Shown: positions 30,008 through 32,000 of the stretch, piece after piece | How the letters are laid out: every line of letters starts with the position of its first letter | How positions within the stretch are numbered: the stretch's first letter is position 1 | Assembly: GCF_001420715.1 (NCBI RefSeq) | Contig: NZ_LJJC01000006.1 | Coordinates: forward strand, 522,770 to 554,769 | DNA from: Heyndrickxia shackletonii | Lineage (GTDB): Bacteria; Bacillota; Bacilli; Bacillales; Bacillaceae_C | DNA: 32,000 nucleotides | Direction of reading: 5' to 3' | Notes under the pieces: model-generated | The model's database searches: none | What the model was told of the DNA's origin: nothing | Seen by the model: only the letters and a program-made list of their open reading frames with translations | Translations under genes and position numbers: made by a program

Positions 30008-31600
30008 ATGAGCACACAAACAAGCGGAATAACAGTAATAGGGCAAATGAAGCCTGGGTTTGAACAAATACTTACTCCGGCAGCATTGCATTTTATTGAA
30101 CAGCTTGAAAGACATTTTGGTGAAAAAAGAAGGAGACTGTTACAGTACAGAATACAAAGACAAAAGGAAATCGATCAAGGAACCCTTCCTCACTTTTTGC
30201 CGGAAACAAAGCATATTCGTGAGGGGGAATGGACAATTTCGCCATTGCCAGATGATTTGCGAGATCGCCGCGTGGAAATTACCGGCCCTGTTGACCGTAA
30301 AATGGTTATTAATGCACTAAACTCCGGAGCGAATGTATTCATGGCATGCTTTGAAGATGCAACATCACCTACTTGGGACAATGTAGTTGAAGGACAAATT
30401 AATTTAAATGATGCTGTAAATAAGACGATATCCTATGAAGGTCAAAATGGGAAAAAATATGAATTGAATAAGAAAATAGCTGTATTAGTAGTTCGACCGC
30501 GCGGATGGCATCTGGAGGAAAAACATGTGCTAATCGATGGAAAGCCGATTTCCGCAAGTCTTTTTGACTTTGGTTTATATTTTTTTCATAATGCTGCCCG
30601 TCTGACACAAAATGGAACGGGGCCATATTTTTATTTACCAAAACTGGAAGGTCACCTCGAAGCAAGGCTTTGGAATGATATTTTCTCCTTTTCGCAAAAA
30701 TATATTGGAATTCCAAAAGGAACGATTAAAGCGACTGTATTAATTGAAACCATTATGGCTGCATTTGAAATGGATGAGATTTTATATGAATTGAAGGATC
30801 ATTCAGCGGGTTTAAATTGCGGGCGTTGGGACTATATTTTCAGTTTTATCAAGAGACTGCGGAATCATGAAAATGTGATTTTACCGGATCGATATTTTGT
30901 AACCATGACCGTTCCGTTTATGAGGTCGTATTCACTATTAACCATTCAAACCTGTCATCGCAGGAAAGCACCTGCTATTGGCGGAATGGCAGCGCAAATT
31001 CCGGTGAAAAATGATCAGAGGAAAAATGAGGAAGCATTTGCAAAGGTAAGAGCGGATAAAGAAAGAGAAGCACGCGACGGTCACGACGGAACTTGGGTGG
31101 CACATCCGGGGCTAGTACCTATTGCAATGGAAGTCTTCAATCGCGAAATGCCGACACCAAACCAGATCCATACATCGAAACAGCAGCATATTCAAATCAA
31201 AGAATCTGATTTATTAGAAATTCCTGGTGGAGTCATTACAGAGGAGGGAGTAAGGCAAAACATAAGTGTCGGAATTCGATATATCGAATCATGGTTGAGT
31301 GGAAAGGGCGCGGCACCTCTTGACCATTTAATGGAGGATGCGGCAACAGCAGAAATTTCCCGAGCACAAGTTTGGCAATGGATACGTCATCCGAAAGGTG
31401 TTTTAGAGGATGGACGGAAAATAACGATGGAAATGTATCAGGAATTAAAAGCAGAAGAGTTAGAAAAAATTCACTGTGTTGTTGGTGAAAAAGAGTATAG
31501 AACTAGACGATATGAAGAAGCTGTGCATTTATTTGATAGGCTAATCCAGGATGGGAATTTTATAGAGTTTTTAACATTACCAGGTTACGAGATTTTGTGA
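30008..31600 (+). CDS. aceB: Malate synthase A
   Basis: 530 aa. Typical malate synthase A blocks are RRVEITGP, DFEDA-type CFEDATSPTW, YFYLPKLE, AGLNCGRWDYIFS and RDGHDGTWVAHP. It is followed by isocitrate lyase. Confidence 0.92.
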   Translation: MSTQTSGITVIGQMKPGFEQILTPAALHFIEQLERHFGEKRRRLLQYRIQRQKEIDQGTLPHFLPETKHIREGEWTISPLPDDLRDRRVEITGPVDRKMVINALNSGANVFMACFEDATSPTWDNVVEGQINLNDAVNKTISYEGQNGKKYELNKKIAVLVVRPRGWHLEEKHVLIDGKPISASLFDFGLYFFHNAARLTQNGTGPYFYLPKLEGHLEARLWNDIFSFSQKYIGIPKGTIKATVLIETIMAAFEMDEILYELKDHSAGLNCGRWDYIFSFIKRLRNHENVILPDRYFVTMTVPFMRSYSLLTIQTCHRRKAPAIGGMAAQIPVKNDQRKNEEAFAKVRADKEREARDGHDGTWVAHPGLVPIAMEVFNREMPTPNQIHTSKQQHIQIKESDLLEIPGGVITEEGVRQNISVGIRYIESWLSGKGAAPLDHLMEDAATAEISRAQVWQWIRHPKGVLEDGRKITMEMYQELKAEELEKIHCVVGEKEYRTRRYEEAVHLFDRLIQDGNFIEFLTLPGYEIL

Positions 31601-31615
31601 GGAGGATGGTTAAGA

Positions 31616-32000
31616 ATGAAAGAGAGAGTAATGAAGCTGCAAAACGAATGGGAATTAGCAGAGAGATGGAAGGGTGTTACTAGAACTTATAGTGCTGAAG
31701 AGGTCATTAAGTTAAGGGGCTCCATCGATATTGAGTATACTTTGGCACGGCGCGGTTCGGAAAAACTGTGGGAAATACTGCATACGGAGGATTATGTTCC
31801 TGCACTAGGCGCTTTAACGGGTAATCAGGCGGTTCAGCAGGTAAAGGCTGGGCTTAAAGCAATTTATCTTAGCGGCTGGCAGGTGGCAGCTGATGCAAAC
31901 TTAGCAGGTCATATGTATCCGGATCAAAGTCTATATCCAGCAAATAGCGTCCCACATGTGGTAAAGCGGATCAATCAGGCGCTGCAACGTGCAGATCAAA
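31616..32000 (+). CDS. aceA: Isocitrate lyase, N-terminal fragment (3' end lies outside the window)
   Basis: Not in the ORF track because it is open to the window end. RBS GAGGAGGA, then ATG 31616 gives [52 protein letters not shown]...[31 protein letters not shown], the canonical ICL N-terminus. Confidence 0.9.
   Translation, partial: MKERVMKLQNEWELAERWKGVTRTYSAEEVIKLRGSIDIEYTLARRGSEKLWEILHTEDYVPALGALTGNQAVQQVKAGLKAIYLSGWQVAADANLAGHMYPDQSLYPANSVPHVVKRINQALQRADQ

Overview
Chromosomal segment of a low-GC, Bacillus-like (Bacillaceae) genome, almost entirely coding. The backbone follows the order I recall for B. subtilis 168: the 3' half of the purine operon (purL' F M N H D), then yerA-yerB-yerC, then pcrB-pcrA-ligA-yerH, followed here by the glyoxylate-shunt genes aceB and aceA'. 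Three blocks interrupt that backbone. (i) An orphan 5TMR-LYT sensor histidine kinase and a small DUF2892-like membrane protein lie between purD and yerA. (ii) A Fur-box-controlled yclNOPQ-type siderophore ABC importer and a convergent, PerR-box-controlled catalase katA lie after yerC. (iii) An AT-rich accessory islet of about 4.7 kb (18.6-23.0 kb) lies just before pcrB. The islet holds a tightly coupled plus-strand operon: a decayed 2-phosphosulfolactate-phosphatase-family gene, an APH/ChoK-like kinase, a GNAT acetyltransferase and a nucleoside 2-deoxyribosyltransferase-fold protein. Converging on it is a minus-strand cassette: a 41-aa basic mini-ORF missing from the ORF track, a 12-bp perfect inverted repeat, a 421-aa HTH+TPR (RNPP, NprR/PlcR-like) regulator, and a 60-aa secreted pro-peptide. 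That regulator/pro-peptide pair is my best candidate for an uncharacterised system, namely peptide quorum sensing with an unknown regulon. Non-coding oddities are a nested inverted-repeat element inside the pur operon (purH/purD gap), a decaying ~53-bp tandem repeat, two LacI-type palindromes in a gene-less 0.6-kb convergent gap, and duplicated Fur operators. I saw no rRNA, tRNA, CRISPR array, transposase, integrase or phage gene. All family assignments come from reading motifs and from remembered homologues, not from searches.
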